Shown: piece after piece, positions 40,904 to 51,211 of the stretch
Numbering within the stretch: the stretch's first letter is position 1
How the letters are laid out: each line of letters starts with the position of its first letter
DNA from: Alphaproteobacteria bacterium
GTDB taxonomy: Bacteria > Pseudomonadota > Alphaproteobacteria > UBA828
DNA: 64,000 bases
NCBI GenBank assembly: GCA_965221125.1
Contig: CBDCRW010000004.1
Location: 896,001-960,000 of the forward strand
Reading direction: 5' to 3'
Made by a program: the position numbers and the translations under genes
Notes under the pieces: model-generated
Databases searched by the model: none
Told to the model about the DNA's origin: nothing
The model's input: only the letters and a program-made list of their open reading frames with translations

Positions 40904-42211
40904 ATGGCCGAGGACATTCTGACGGCCGACTTCAAGGCGACGCCGTATTGGTGGGACCTCGCGCCGAGACCTGAGCCGACCGAGGCCGCGCCGCCGGCGG
41001 ACGCCGAGACCGTGATCGTCGGCGCGGGCAACGTCGGGTTGTCTGCCGCGCTCACGCTCGCGCGCCGGGGCAGGCAAGCGCTGGTGCTCGACGCCGAGGC
41101 CGCCGGCCACGGCGCGAGCACGCGGAACGCCGGCTACCTCGGCCGGCAAGTCTGGCACAAGTACGGCCACATGGTGCCGACGCTCGGCCGCGAGCGCGCC
41201 GCCGAGGTCTGCCGCGCGGCGATCGCCGCCCACGACTACGCGTCCTCGCTCATCGAGCGGGAGCAGATCGCCTGCTTCTACCGCAACAGCGGGCGCTTCA
41301 TCGCGGCGCCGTCCAAGCGCGTGTTCGACGAGCTCGCGCGCGACCTCGCCATGATGCGGGAGGACGGCATCCCCGTTGACGCGGAGATGGTCGAGCCCGA
41401 AGACGAGCCGCCCGCCTACCGCAAGGGCCACTACCACGGCGGGCAGATCCTGCGCGGCAACGGCACGATCCACGCGGGCCTCTACCACGCCGGCCTGCTG
41501 GAGCGGGCCACGCGCGAGGGCGCCGTGATCGTCGACCACTGCCCGGTGCAGGCCATCGAGCGCTCAAGACACGGCTTCCGCATCGCGACGCCGCGCGGCA
41601 CGGTGAGGGCGGGCCACGTGATCGTGGCCACCAACGGCTACACGCCCAAGGCCGCGCAATGGCTGCGCCGGCGCGTGGTGCCGGTGGACGCCTTCATGAT
41701 CGCGACCGAGCCCTTAGGCACGGAGCGGGTCGAGCACATCGCGCCCGGCGCCAAGCCCATGGTCGAGCACCGCTACTCGCCCTGCTGGATCCGGCCCAAC
41801 GAGGACGGCACGCGCATCCTCTTCGGCGGTCTCAGCGCCGAGCCGCCGGCCGACCTCGAGCTGAAGGCGCGCACGCTCCGCGACGCCATGGTGCAGATCG
41901 TGCCCTCGCTCGACGGCGTGAAGATCAGCCATTGCTGGACCGGCAAGACCGCGTTCACCTTCGACATGATGCCCCATACCGGGAGCCACGACGGGGTCGA
42001 GTACGCCATGGGCTGGTGCGGCTCCGGCGTGCCCATGGGTACCTACCTCGGCCACAAGACCGCGCTCCGCGTGCTGGGCGATCCCGAGTCAAGGTCCGCC
42101 TTCGACGGGCGGCCCTTCCCGTCCGCGCCGTTCTACACCGGCTGGCCCTGGTTCCTGCCGCTCGCGGTGGCGTGGCATAAGCGCAAGGACCGCAAGCTGT
42201 TTAAGGGTTAG
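40904..42211 (+). CDS. FAD-dependent oxidoreductase (PuuB/DAO family)
   Basis: VIVGAGNVGLSAA, GASTRNAG, IVATNGYT, W.G, G.CGSGV. Confidence 0.88.
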   Translation: MAEDILTADFKATPYWWDLAPRPEPTEAAPPADAETVIVGAGNVGLSAALTLARRGRQALVLDAEAAGHGASTRNAGYLGRQVWHKYGHMVPTLGRERAAEVCRAAIAAHDYASSLIEREQIACFYRNSGRFIAAPSKRVFDELARDLAMMREDGIPVDAEMVEPEDEPPAYRKGHYHGGQILRGNGTIHAGLYHAGLLERATREGAVIVDHCPVQAIERSRHGFRIATPRGTVRAGHVIVATNGYTPKAAQWLRRRVVPVDAFMIATEPLGTERVEHIAPGAKPMVEHRYSPCWIRPNEDGTRILFGGLSAEPPADLELKARTLRDAMVQIVPSLDGVKISHCWTGKTAFTFDMMPHTGSHDGVEYAMGWCGSGVPMGTYLGHKTALRVLGDPESRSAFDGRPFPSAPFYTGWPWFLPLAVAWHKRKDRKLFKG

Positions 42212-42274
42212 ACTGCGCGCCCCATCACCCGCCCACGCGGGCCGAACCGCCGCGACCGTTGGCACACGCCGGAC

Positions 42275-42904
42275 ATGACCGAGAACAGCGCCACGCCCGC
42301 GGCGAGAGAGCAGCGCCACCTCGTCCGCCGCGTCTACGACTGGGCGATCGAGAGCGCGGGCACGCGCCGCGCCGTCTGGGTGCTGGCGGGGCTCTGCTAC
42401 CTGCAGAGCCTGTTCCTGCCGGTGCCGCCGGACCTGCTGCTCATCCCGATGGTGCTGGCGAAGCGCGCCAAGGCGTGGTTCTTCGCCGGCATCGCCACGG
42501 TGTCGTCGGTCGCTGGCGGGCTCACCGGCTACATGATCGGCTACTTTCTCTACGACTGGCTGGGCGAGCCCCTGCTGGCGCTCTCCGGCCACTCCGGCGA
42601 CCTCACGACCTTCTACGAGTACCGCGACAGGTGGGGCGTCTGGTTCGTCGCCGCCGGCGCGCTCACGCCGCTGCCCTACAAGCTGGTCGCCATCGCGAGC
42701 GGCGCCGCCGGGCTCGAGGTGGGTGCCTTCATCCTGGCTTCGCTCGTTGCCAGGGGCATGCGCTTCTACGTCGAGGCCGGGATGCTCTGGTATCTCGGCC
42801 CCAGGGCGCGGCGGCTGATCGAGCACCGCTATGGCGCGGCGCTGGTGATCGGGGTTGCCGCCGCCACCCTCGGCATCCTGGTGCTCATCCCCTTTTTGAC
42901 CTGA
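42275..42904 (+). CDS. YqaA/DedA family membrane protein
   Basis: FLPVPPD.LLIPM, SVAGG..GY.IG, TPLPYK, RGMRF. Confidence 0.88.
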   Translation: MTENSATPAAREQRHLVRRVYDWAIESAGTRRAVWVLAGLCYLQSLFLPVPPDLLLIPMVLAKRAKAWFFAGIATVSSVAGGLTGYMIGYFLYDWLGEPLLALSGHSGDLTTFYEYRDRWGVWFVAAGALTPLPYKLVAIASGAAGLEVGAFILASLVARGMRFYVEAGMLWYLGPRARRLIEHRYGAALVIGVAAATLGILVLIPFLT

Positions 42905-42940
42905 GGGAGCGCGCCCACGCCGGCGCGCGCCCGCGCGGGG

Positions 42941-43891
42941 TCAATCCGGCAGCGCGCGCAGGAGCGCCTTGACGACTTCCGCCGCGTTGCCGGCCGCGAG
43001 GCCCAAAAAAACCTCCATCTGGTTCGCGCCCTCGCCGCCGCCTGCGAGATCCGCCAGGCTGCGGACGGCGATGAAGGGCACGTCGTTGGCGTAAGCCACG
43101 TGGGCGACGGCGGCGCTCTCCATGTCGAGCACGCGCGCGCCGAAGGTCTCGAAGGCCCAGGTGCGGATGGCCGCGTTGTCGATGAAGGCGCCGCCCGAGA
43201 CGCCTGAGCCGCCGACGACGATGGTGGGCGCCTGCTCAAGGCACGTCTCTTCCGCCGTGCAGCGGGCGAGCGCCACATCGGCCGCCGCGCTGCCGGCGCT
43301 GGCGAGCAGGGCGTCGTCCACGGGGAACCAGAAGCGGGTCTCGGGCTGCTCGGCGTGCGCGCGGAGCACGGTGACCGAGCGCGGGAACATCATGCCGAAG
43401 TTCCCGTAGGGGTACTCGAAGAAGGGCATCGTCATCCAGCCGCCGTCCACCTCGCGGGCGAAGAGCATTTCCAGGTACTGCCCCCAGCGCTCCGCGATCA
43501 CCACGTCGCCGATGTTGAGGCCGGGGTCCACGCCGCCCGCGATGCCGGAGAACACGATGCGCTCCACGGCGAAGTGGTCGAGCGCGAGTTGCACCGTCAT
43601 CGCCGCGTTGACGACGCTGATGCCGCTCAGGAAGAGGACCACGTCCTGCCCCTCCAAGGTGCCGGTGGTGAAGGCGACGCCGTTCACCGCGTGCGACGAC
43701 GCGCCGTCCAGCTCCGCCTGGAGAATTCCGAGTTCCGGCGCGAAGGCGGAGACCACGGCGGTGCGCCGGGTCTCGTCGCGGATCGCGTGCGCGTCTGCCG
43801 GCGCGGGCGCGACGGCGGCGAGCAGCAGCGCGGCGGCGAGGGCCGCGATCAGGGTCCGAGCCGTGCGCGGCATGAGCGAGAGGAGGATCAT
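42941..43891 (-). CDS. Exported MTA/SAH nucleosidase-like (PNP/UDP superfamily) protein
   Basis: Signal peptide, SAF.PE, SGIS.VNAA, FSGIAGG, DMESAAVA.VA, RSLADLAG. Confidence 0.85.
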   Translation of the reverse strand: MILLSLMPRTARTLIAALAAALLLAAVAPAPADAHAIRDETRRTAVVSAFAPELGILQAELDGASSHAVNGVAFTTGTLEGQDVVLFLSGISVVNAAMTVQLALDHFAVERIVFSGIAGGVDPGLNIGDVVIAERWGQYLEMLFAREVDGGWMTMPFFEYPYGNFGMMFPRSVTVLRAHAEQPETRFWFPVDDALLASAGSAAADVALARCTAEETCLEQAPTIVVGGSGVSGGAFIDNAAIRTWAFETFGARVLDMESAAVAHVAYANDVPFIAVRSLADLAGGGEGANQMEVFLGLAAGNAAEVVKALLRALPD

Positions 43892-43997
43892 CGTCGCGTG
43901 CTCCCTGATTTTCGAGAGGTCGTTGCGGGCGTCGGGCGGCGCGACCGTGACGCGAAACCGGCCGGTCCGCAATCGCGTCGTGCAGTCGCGATGCGCG

Positions 43998-45548
43998 TCA
44001 ATCCTCGCGCGTGATCCGCCCCTCGATCACGGGCGCGACCGTGCCGGCGGCTGTGATGTGGTCGATGAGCTGGCCCGCCATGAGTTTGCCGGACGCCGAA
44101 TCGATCAGCACCTCGCCGGCCTTGAACACGCGATAGTCGTCGCCGCCGCGCGCGAGGAAATCGTTGGTGGCGAGCGTGTACGTTGCGGTGTCCTCCAGCG
44201 GCGCGCCGCCCACCGTGACGCGCGTCACGCGTTCGCCCGGCGGCAGACGCGCGTCGAAGGCGAAGGCGAGGCCCGCGACCTGCGGAAAGCGGCCCGAGGG
44301 ATGCGGGGCCCGGCTCACGCCGTTCTCCAGCGCGCCCCGCACTTGCGCGCCGGTGAGGCGGAGCACCACGGTCTTGTTGCCGAAGGGCAGCTCGGTCAGC
44401 ACCATCTTGCGCGTGAGCCGGGTGCCTGGCGGGTAGACCGTGTCGCCCCGGATGCCGCCGCCGTTGCTGAGCGCGATGTCGCTGCCCGTGGCCTGGCGCA
44501 TGGCGTCGGCCAGCAGGTTGCCGAAGGCGGTCTCGCTCGCGCCGGAGAGGAAGCCGCGCGTGTCGAGCTCCGTGGCGGTCTCGCCCATCGCCACGTCCAG
44601 GGTTTCGTCGAGGCGCGCCTGATAGTCGCGCACCCTGGCGGCGAGCGCGGCGTCACCCTCTATGCCGGCGGTCGAGCGCAGGCGAAAGTCGGGCGTCCAG
44701 ACCACCCTGGGCGCGCCGCCGCGGCCCTCGATGCGCTCGATCGTGAGCGTGAGGACGCCGACGTGGCGGCCCTGGGCGCCGGCCTTCATCACCGCCTGGC
44801 GGCCGTCGTGGTTGGCGACGAGCAGATGATCGTGGCCGCCGAGCACCATGTCGATCCCGCGCACCGTGCGCAGCAGCTCGAGGTCCGCGCCGAGCCCCTG
44901 GTGGGTCAGCGCGATGACGATGTCGGCGCCGTCCGCTCTCAAGGACTCGGCCAGCCGGGCGCCCGCGTCTGCCACGGGCGCGAAGGAGACGTCTGGGCCG
45001 GGGCTCGAGATCACGGGTGTTTCCGGCGTGACGAGACCGAGGAAGCCGATGCGGTAGCCGTCCCTCTCCAGCATCGTCGTGGCCTGGGTGCCGGGGAAGC
45101 CCGCGCCCGCCATGCTCACGTTGCCCGCGAGCCACACCGTCTCGGATTCCGCGAGCCGCTGCTGCAGCACGTCCGGACCGAAGTCGAACTCGTGATTGCC
45201 GAGCACCGCCACGTCGAAGCCAAGGGCGTTGGCGAGGTCGATCATGTGCGCGCCCTTGTCGATGCCCGAGAGCACGGAGGGCGAGATCATGTCGCCGCCG
45301 AAGGTGAGCACGGCATGGGCGCCCTCGGTTGCGGCCCGTGCGCGCTCTTCCGCCGCGACGGCGGCGATCTTCGCCGCGCCGCCCGCGCCCTTGATGCCCG
45401 CCATCTGGTCCCAGTCGTTGACGTGAACGAGCGTGAGCCGGAGCTGCGCCGCCTCGGCGGGCGGGGTCGGCGCCGCGAGCGTCACGGCGGCCAGGACGGC
45501 GAGCAATGGCGCGACTGCCAACGCCCTCAAATGGTGGATCGTTCTCAT
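43998..45548 (-). CDS. 5'-nucleotidase / metallophosphoesterase (UshA-like)
   Basis: Signal peptide, HVND, GGD, LGNHEFD, LTH, GGHDH, NGGGIR, LPFGN, GRFPQVAG. Confidence 0.9.
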   Translation of the reverse strand: MRTIHHLRALAVAPLLAVLAAVTLAAPTPPAEAAQLRLTLVHVNDWDQMAGIKGAGGAAKIAAVAAEERARAATEGAHAVLTFGGDMISPSVLSGIDKGAHMIDLANALGFDVAVLGNHEFDFGPDVLQQRLAESETVWLAGNVSMAGAGFPGTQATTMLERDGYRIGFLGLVTPETPVISSPGPDVSFAPVADAGARLAESLRADGADIVIALTHQGLGADLELLRTVRGIDMVLGGHDHLLVANHDGRQAVMKAGAQGRHVGVLTLTIERIEGRGGAPRVVWTPDFRLRSTAGIEGDAALAARVRDYQARLDETLDVAMGETATELDTRGFLSGASETAFGNLLADAMRQATGSDIALSNGGGIRGDTVYPPGTRLTRKMVLTELPFGNKTVVLRLTGAQVRGALENGVSRAPHPSGRFPQVAGLAFAFDARLPPGERVTRVTVGGAPLEDTATYTLATNDFLARGGDDYRVFKAGEVLIDSASGKLMAGQLIDHITAAGTVAPVIEGRITRED

Positions 45549-45648
45549 GGGCTGCCCTCGCGTAACCCATCGGTGACGGACGCCAAGGGTGACGGAGCCC
45601 GCCGGCGCTGTCACGCTGCCGTTCAAGGTGAGTGCAGCCGAGGCCCCG

Positions 45649-46602
45649 ATGCCCCTCTTCCACACCCATATCGTCGTCGACTGGTCGGCGCGGTCGAAGC
45701 CGAGTCCGAAGAAGCCCACCAGGGACTCGATCTGGTGGGCGGTGGCGCGCATCGCGGGCGGAGTCGACGTTGAAGAGCCGCAGTATGCGCGTACCCGGCA
45801 TGAGGCGCTGGACCGGCTTGGCCGGCTGATCGCCAGCGAGGTGGATGCCGGTCGGCGCGTGCTGGTGGGGTTCGACTTTCCCTTCGGCTATCCGAAGGGT
45901 GTGGCCAAGCACCTTGCGGGCCGGGCGTCGGCCTTGGCGCTCTGGGACTGGCTGGCGACGGAAATCGAGGACGCGCCCGATAACGGCAACAACCGCTACA
46001 AGGTCGCGGAGGCAATCAACGAAAAATATCAAGGTGTCGTCGGTCCATGTTGGGGCCGCCCGGCCAAGTGGAATCACCCAACCATTCCGCTGAAGAAATC
46101 GGAGCGCACATGCCGGGAACCACACCCGTTGGAGCGGCGCATCTGCGACGTCCGTGCCAAGGGTGCCAAGACAGTCTGGCAGCTGGCCTACGCCGGCTCC
46201 GTCGGCTCGCAGATGCTGCTGGGCCTGCCCGCCCTCAAGTGCCTGAAGGCCGACCGGCGCATCGCGAACCGCGCGATGGTGTGGCCCTTCGAGACCGGCT
46301 TGCGAACGCCCGACGCGCCGGCGGTGATCGCCGAGGTCTACCCCTCGCTTCTCAGGGACGAGGTTCGCGCGCGCCGGGGCGAGGGCGAAATCCTGGACAG
46401 CGCGCAAGTGCGCGTGAATGCGGACGCCTTCGCCCGGCTGGACGCCGGCGGCGGGCTCGCGCCCCTCTTCGCCGGCGCACCCGGCCTCACGCACGAGGAG
46501 CGCCGGATCGTGGAGACGGAGGAAGCCTGGATCCTCGGCCTCGGCCACGCAGAAGCGCTCAAGGGCGCGCTCCCGCCGGCCCGACTTCGTCCCGAGAGTT
46601 GA
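45649..46602 (+). CDS. Hypothetical protein, possible RNase H-like (DUF429-related) fold
   Basis: VDWSA, GFDFPFGYP, GSVGSQ, VWPFE, AEVYPS, EEAWILG. Confidence 0.6.
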   Translation: MPLFHTHIVVDWSARSKPSPKKPTRDSIWWAVARIAGGVDVEEPQYARTRHEALDRLGRLIASEVDAGRRVLVGFDFPFGYPKGVAKHLAGRASALALWDWLATEIEDAPDNGNNRYKVAEAINEKYQGVVGPCWGRPAKWNHPTIPLKKSERTCREPHPLERRICDVRAKGAKTVWQLAYAGSVGSQMLLGLPALKCLKADRRIANRAMVWPFETGLRTPDAPAVIAEVYPSLLRDEVRARRGEGEILDSAQVRVNADAFARLDAGGGLAPLFAGAPGLTHEERRIVETEEAWILGLGHAEALKGALPPARLRPES

Positions 46603-46698
46603 CATCGCTCGGCTGTGGAAAACTCTCAGGGTCCAGCGCTCCGTTCCGAGAGTTATTCGGCCTTCCGTATACTGGCAACGAGATGGTGGCATATGGAT

Positions 46699-46757
46699 TG
46701 GTCTGACATTATCAATTGGTCAAACCACTGGACATCAATGACTAATTGGTCGAACCA
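46699..46757. promoter_or_regulatory. Cluster of three putative GntR/FadR-type operators
   Basis: TGGTCTGACAT (46699), TGGTCAAACCA (46717), TGGTCGAACCA (46747), at the start of an AT-rich tract. Confidence 0.5.
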
Positions 46758-47098
46758 ATAAATGCTTATGCCACAATAACCTAATTCTATTTTGCATATA
46801 TATCAGAAGATTAGAGATAATCCAATATGCCATACGAGATATACCTTTAGGTCAACAAAGTATATTGATTCGGCAAAAATCTCCTGCGAAAGTCCCACGA
46901 CGTTTGGCTATACCCGGATTCGTAATATCGCAGTTCATCGAGCGTAGCGAGTCTAAAGAAGGATGTTGCAGTGCAAAAAGAATGCCTGCTGCAAGGAAAG
47001 AGACCGATGTTCGAGTTGGAAGTATCCGCCCCGCTCGGGCGCGAGGAATCGGCAAGTGCATCGGGACGTATCCGCGCCCGTCGCGAGGAGGCGTTTCG

Positions 47099-47188
47099 AT
47101 GATCTGGACAGTCGCCGTGGGTACGGCGTGGGTGGTGGGCGTAGGCCTCATGCTCGCGGCCTTCCTTCTCTCCGCAACGGGCGTGTAG
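47099..47188 (+). CDS. Putative 29-aa single-transmembrane small protein
   Basis: AGGAGG RBS, then MIWTVAVGTAWVVGVGLMLAAFLLSATGV*. Confidence 0.5.
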   Translation: MIWTVAVGTAWVVGVGLMLAAFLLSATGV

Positions 47189-47276
47189 GCCGAGACGGCC
47201 GGCCTGAGACGATGCGCCCGGCGTCGAAACACGAATCGCGTGCTGAGGGGATGGGAACGTGTGCGCGCCCTTCAGC

Positions 47277-47398
47277 CTCCGTTTCTCGTCACGGTCATGG
47301 TCTGCGCACCTCCCTGGCGTTCGATCAGCTGCCCGCCTGTCCCTCCCTGCGGGTCGAGCAGCGCCGCGCAGACCATGACCGTGGCGAGAGGCGCGGAG
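47277..47398. repeat. Internally deleted, degenerate relative of the 16770-17035 MITE
   Basis: Inverted pair CACGGTCATGGTCTGCGC / GCGCAGACCATGACCGTG; shares GGCGTTCGATC and AGCGCCGCGCAGACCATGACC with the MITE. Confidence 0.7.
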
Positions 47399-48010
47399 TC
47401 ACATCACGAATGCGGGGACGAACGGTCCGAACGTCCCCGTTGGGTTCGGCAACGACGGCAGCGCGGATTCCCGCCCAGCCGGTTCGGGAAAGCAATGTTG
47501 GGCCGATGGAGGACGGCCGGGCGGCTACCCTTGCCCGAAGCGGCAGGCGTTCGGGGGTGGGCCCGCGCCGCTCGCAGCCAAGGCGGAACGGCACGTTTCG
47601 GTCGAGGTCTGGTCGGCCGCGCGCGTGCCGTCCGCCCGGCTGCCACTGAGCACGCAACCCTCCACCTCATTTTCCAGCACACGCGTGGGCTCGCGGGCGA
47701 GCGCCCGGCGCCTGAGGGATTAGAACCCCGGGCCGCAGGCCCGGACGGCGCGACCGCGCCGCGCGCCGAATGGCGCGTAGACTTGCGAGTATATGTATCT
47801 TTAAGTGTATGCGAGAGGACATAGAAGGACATTATATGAGCTTTGACAGTAGCTTGTCGGAATTATGCGTAGCTTTTCCCTTTTGCGAGACGACATAAGA
47901 TAACATTCAGTGCCTTTCACGTGTTGAGCAATGTGTTGACAGATCGACAGCCACATGGTCAAATCCCCCCATGAACACGAGTAACTCTTCGGTCCTCGGG
48001 TGATGGAGGG

Positions 48011-49399
48011 ATGATGGCGCCAGGCAAAGATGGCTGTGATCCTTGCAGATGGCCGGCTTCACGGTCGGTTCCGTCGCCTCCGTCATCGTCATCACCCGAC
48101 AACCGAAGGCTTTCGAACACGAAGCCCGGAAAACGCATCGCCAAGACCAAGATTACCATCAACAAGCGTGCCGTCGAGGCCCTCAAGCCCGGCGACAAGC
48201 CCTGGATCGCGTGGGACGACAGGCTCACAGGCTTCGGCGTCAGGGTGCACCCCACCGGCGCCAAGTCCTTCATCGTCAACTACCGTGCCGGTGACGGCGG
48301 CAGGAAGGCGCCGAACAAGCAGGTCGTGCTCGGTCGATATGGCAAGATCGCGCCCGGTCAGGCTAGGCGCTTGGCCCAGACCACCCTCGGCAAAGTGGCC
48401 AGCGGCGAGGACCCGGCTGAGGAACGTTCGCAGGCGCGAGGGATGCCGACCCTGGCGGATGCGCTCAAGGATTACCTGGGTGCCAATCCCAACCGCTCCG
48501 AGAGCACCAACAGGCTCTACCGCTACGAGGCCGAGCGCTATCTCGGCGACTGGCTCGGCCGCCCACTCGATTCCATCACGCGGCGCGAGGTGGAGGCGCG
48601 CTTCAACCGCATTACCGTGGACCACGGCTGGTCGCCGGCCAACCACGCGATGTCCCTGCTGCGTTCGGTCTACCGCCGTCCCTGCGTCGATCTCGAAGGT
48701 CTGCGCAACCCGGTCGACCTCTGGCTTGGCGCAGGCGGGAAGTTCCATCGCAAGACGCGACGCAAGATCTCCACGCCCGCCGAGGTGCTGCCCTGCTGGC
48801 GAACCGGCATCGAGGCCGAGGTCAAGATGCCGGCCATGAGTGACGCACTGTGGTTCGGGCTCTACACCGGCATGCGGCTGAGAGAAGTCCTGACACTGCG
48901 CTGGGAGAGAGTGGACATGGCGTCCCTCACCTTCCGCGTCGAGCAGACCAAGACCGGCGTCCCTCTCGAGCTTCCGATCACGCGGCAACTGGAACTCATC
49001 CTCGAGAGGCGCCGGGCGGCGAGGGCGGCGATGCCGGTCACCGTGCGGGACTGGGTGTTCCCTTCACCGGCCAGCAAGTCCGGGCATGTCGAGGACCCGC
49101 ACTATCTGTACCCGCGCATCACGAAGACGGGCGGTGCGAAGTTTTGGTTCCATGCGTTCCGTAACTGCTTCATCACGGTGGCCGAACGGGACTTGATGCT
49201 TCCCTCGCCGTTGACCAAGCGCCTTGTGAACCACGCCAGACCCAACGACGTGACGGAGGGCTACGCTGCGGACTGGACGATCGCCCAGCTGCGCGAGCCA
49301 GCTCAGAGGGTTGCCGATCGGATAGAAGCACTGATGAGCCATTTGCCGGAGGACACCGCCGAACAGGATGGGATTCCAGTCGGCGCCGGGGCTGGCTGA
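48011..49399 (+). CDS. Tyrosine recombinase/integrase with arm-binding (DUF4102-like) domain
   Basis: WD..LTGFGVRV..TG.KSF...YR; catalytic TGMR, KT, HAFR, LVNH, terminal Y in TEGY. Confidence 0.9.
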   Translation: MMAPGKDGCDPCRWPASRSVPSPPSSSSPDNRRLSNTKPGKRIAKTKITINKRAVEALKPGDKPWIAWDDRLTGFGVRVHPTGAKSFIVNYRAGDGGRKAPNKQVVLGRYGKIAPGQARRLAQTTLGKVASGEDPAEERSQARGMPTLADALKDYLGANPNRSESTNRLYRYEAERYLGDWLGRPLDSITRREVEARFNRITVDHGWSPANHAMSLLRSVYRRPCVDLEGLRNPVDLWLGAGGKFHRKTRRKISTPAEVLPCWRTGIEAEVKMPAMSDALWFGLYTGMRLREVLTLRWERVDMASLTFRVEQTKTGVPLELPITRQLELILERRRAARAAMPVTVRDWVFPSPASKSGHVEDPHYLYPRITKTGGAKFWFHAFRNCFITVAERDLMLPSPLTKRLVNHARPNDVTEGYAADWTIAQLREPAQRVADRIEALMSHLPEDTAEQDGIPVGAGAG

Positions 49400-49445
49400 G
49401 ACGCGGCCGGCAAGCAACGCATTTTCGATCGTCGCTCCCTCGCGG

Positions 49446-50898
49446 GATCGTGTCCCGAGGAGTGGTGTAAGAGCGTCGCGCTTTACGCGGCATCCGGCGG
49501 GTAGGGCCGGGTTATTCAGGCTGCCACAGCGGACAGCTTGATCGTGGGATTGTCGCTCAGGGGAGCGATCGATTCCAGCGTCATGTACCTCCTTCCGACG
49601 GTCCATTCGTCGTTCTGCTCGAGCAGCACGGCGCCGACGAGGCGGGTGATGGCGTCCTCGTTGGGGAAGATGCCGACGACGTTGGTGCGTCGCTTGATCT
49701 CGCCGTTGACGCGTTCGAGCGGGTTGGTCGAGTGAAGCTTGACCCGGTGCTCCTTGGGGAAGCTCATGTAGGCGAGGACGTCGTGCTGGGCCTCGTCCAT
49801 GAGGGCCGCCAGCTTGGAGGCCTTGGGCCTGAGCTGGTCGGCGATCAGGCGCCACTGGGCGGCAGCGGCCTCGGCATCGTCCTGGGCGAAGGCGGTGGCG
49901 ACGAAGGCGGAGACGACGCGCCGGCCCTGCTTGCCGGCATGGGCCAGCAGGTTGCGCATGAAGTGGACGCGGCATCTCTGCCAGGTGGCGCCGAGGATCC
50001 GGGTGGTGGCGGCCTTCAGGCCCTTGTGGTCGTCGGAGATCACCAGCTGCACGCCGCGCAGGCCGCGCCTGGTCAGCGAGCGCAGGAACTCGGTCCAGAA
50101 GGTCTCGGCCTCGGAGGCGCCGATCGCCATGCCGAGGATCTCGCGCCGGCCCTGGTCGTTGACCGCGACGGCCACGGTGACCGCGACCGGGACGATGCGC
50201 CCGGCCTCGCGCACCTTCACGTAAGTCGCATCCAGCCAGAGATAGGGCCAGTCGCCTTCGAGCGGGCGGTCGAGGAAGCTGCGGATCTTGTCGTCTATCT
50301 CCCCGCAAAGGCGCGAGACCTGGCTCTTCGATATCCCGCTCATGCCCATGGCCTGAACCAGTTCGTCGACCGAGCGGGTCGATACCCCCTGGATGTAGGC
50401 CTCCTGGATCACCGCCGTGAGCGCCTTCTCCGCCGTCCGTCGGGGCTCCAGGAAGCCGGGGAAGTAGCTCCCCTTCCTGAGCTTCGGAATCTTCAGGTCG
50501 ACCGTGCCGGCCCGGGTCTCCCAAGGCCGATCGCGGTAGCCGTTGCGCTGGTTGATCCGCTCCGGCGTCCGCGCGCCATGCTCGGCGCCGGTCAGGCCCT
50601 CGACTTCCAGCTCCATAAGGCGCTGCGCAGAGAAGGCGATCATCTCACGCAGCAGATCGGCGTCAGAGCTCTTCTCCAACAGCGTCCGCAGGGTAAGCTT
50701 GTCATCGGTCATCGTGGTTCTCCTTAGGCTCGGGTCGATTCGGATTCACCCAAACCCTAAACCGGAACCGCGATGGCCACCCCGCTGTGGATAACCGGCT
50801 TGGCGCCACCAGACTCGAGGGCGGTCGCGGCGCCAAGCCGGTTACCCACAGCTACCGGGGGTAGCGGGAGCTCCTACACCACGTCTGGGGACACAACC
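49446..50898 (-). mobile_element. Complete IS256-family insertion sequence
   Basis: Imperfect TIRs GATCGTGTCCCGAGGAGTGGTGTAAGAGC / GGTTGTGTCCCCAGACGTGGTGTAGGAGC; 8-bp TSD CCTCGCGG at 49438-49445 and 50899-50906. Confidence 0.93.
49516..50712 (-). CDS. IS256-family transposase
   Basis: [51 protein letters not shown]. Confidence 0.95.
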   Translation of the reverse strand: MTDDKLTLRTLLEKSSDADLLREMIAFSAQRLMELEVEGLTGAEHGARTPERINQRNGYRDRPWETRAGTVDLKIPKLRKGSYFPGFLEPRRTAEKALTAVIQEAYIQGVSTRSVDELVQAMGMSGISKSQVSRLCGEIDDKIRSFLDRPLEGDWPYLWLDATYVKVREAGRIVPVAVTVAVAVNDQGRREILGMAIGASEAETFWTEFLRSLTRRGLRGVQLVISDDHKGLKAATTRILGATWQRCRVHFMRNLLAHAGKQGRRVVSAFVATAFAQDDAEAAAAQWRLIADQLRPKASKLAALMDEAQHDVLAYMSFPKEHRVKLHSTNPLERVNGEIKRRTNVVGIFPNEDAITRLVGAVLLEQNDEWTVGRRYMTLESIAPLSDNPTIKLSAVAA

Positions 50899-51211
50899 CC
50901 TCGCGGCTCAGTCCTGGATAGTCCTGGTCCGGGCGTGTTGGCGCTGTCGATCAACTCGCGACCGCGGTCTCCAACGAGGCGCTGTGTCGCGGCCGGGCGC
51001 ACATGAGCGCACGAAGTCTCGCGCATACGCCCTTGCAGAGAGGTGGCGGTGATCCGTCCCACGCGCCGAGCAGCTCTCGGGATGCGGCCAATGCATCGGC
51101 AGCGAGGATTACGGCCGGCATCGGCCACGACATCCGTTGCGGCAAAGACCGATCCTCCGACTCCTGAGCACCGGCAATCTCGGGAACGCGCGTTGTGGGG
51201 TGCTCTGAACA

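Noticed and set aside
43512-46692. 753-aa and 679-aa ORFs over the nucleotidase region
   Set aside because: Shadow frames with no recognisable domains
47700-47735. GGGGTTCTAATCCCTC on the minus strand as a possible tRNA 3' fragment or att site
   Set aside because: Only a T-loop-like fragment; no matching tRNA or second att copy in the window
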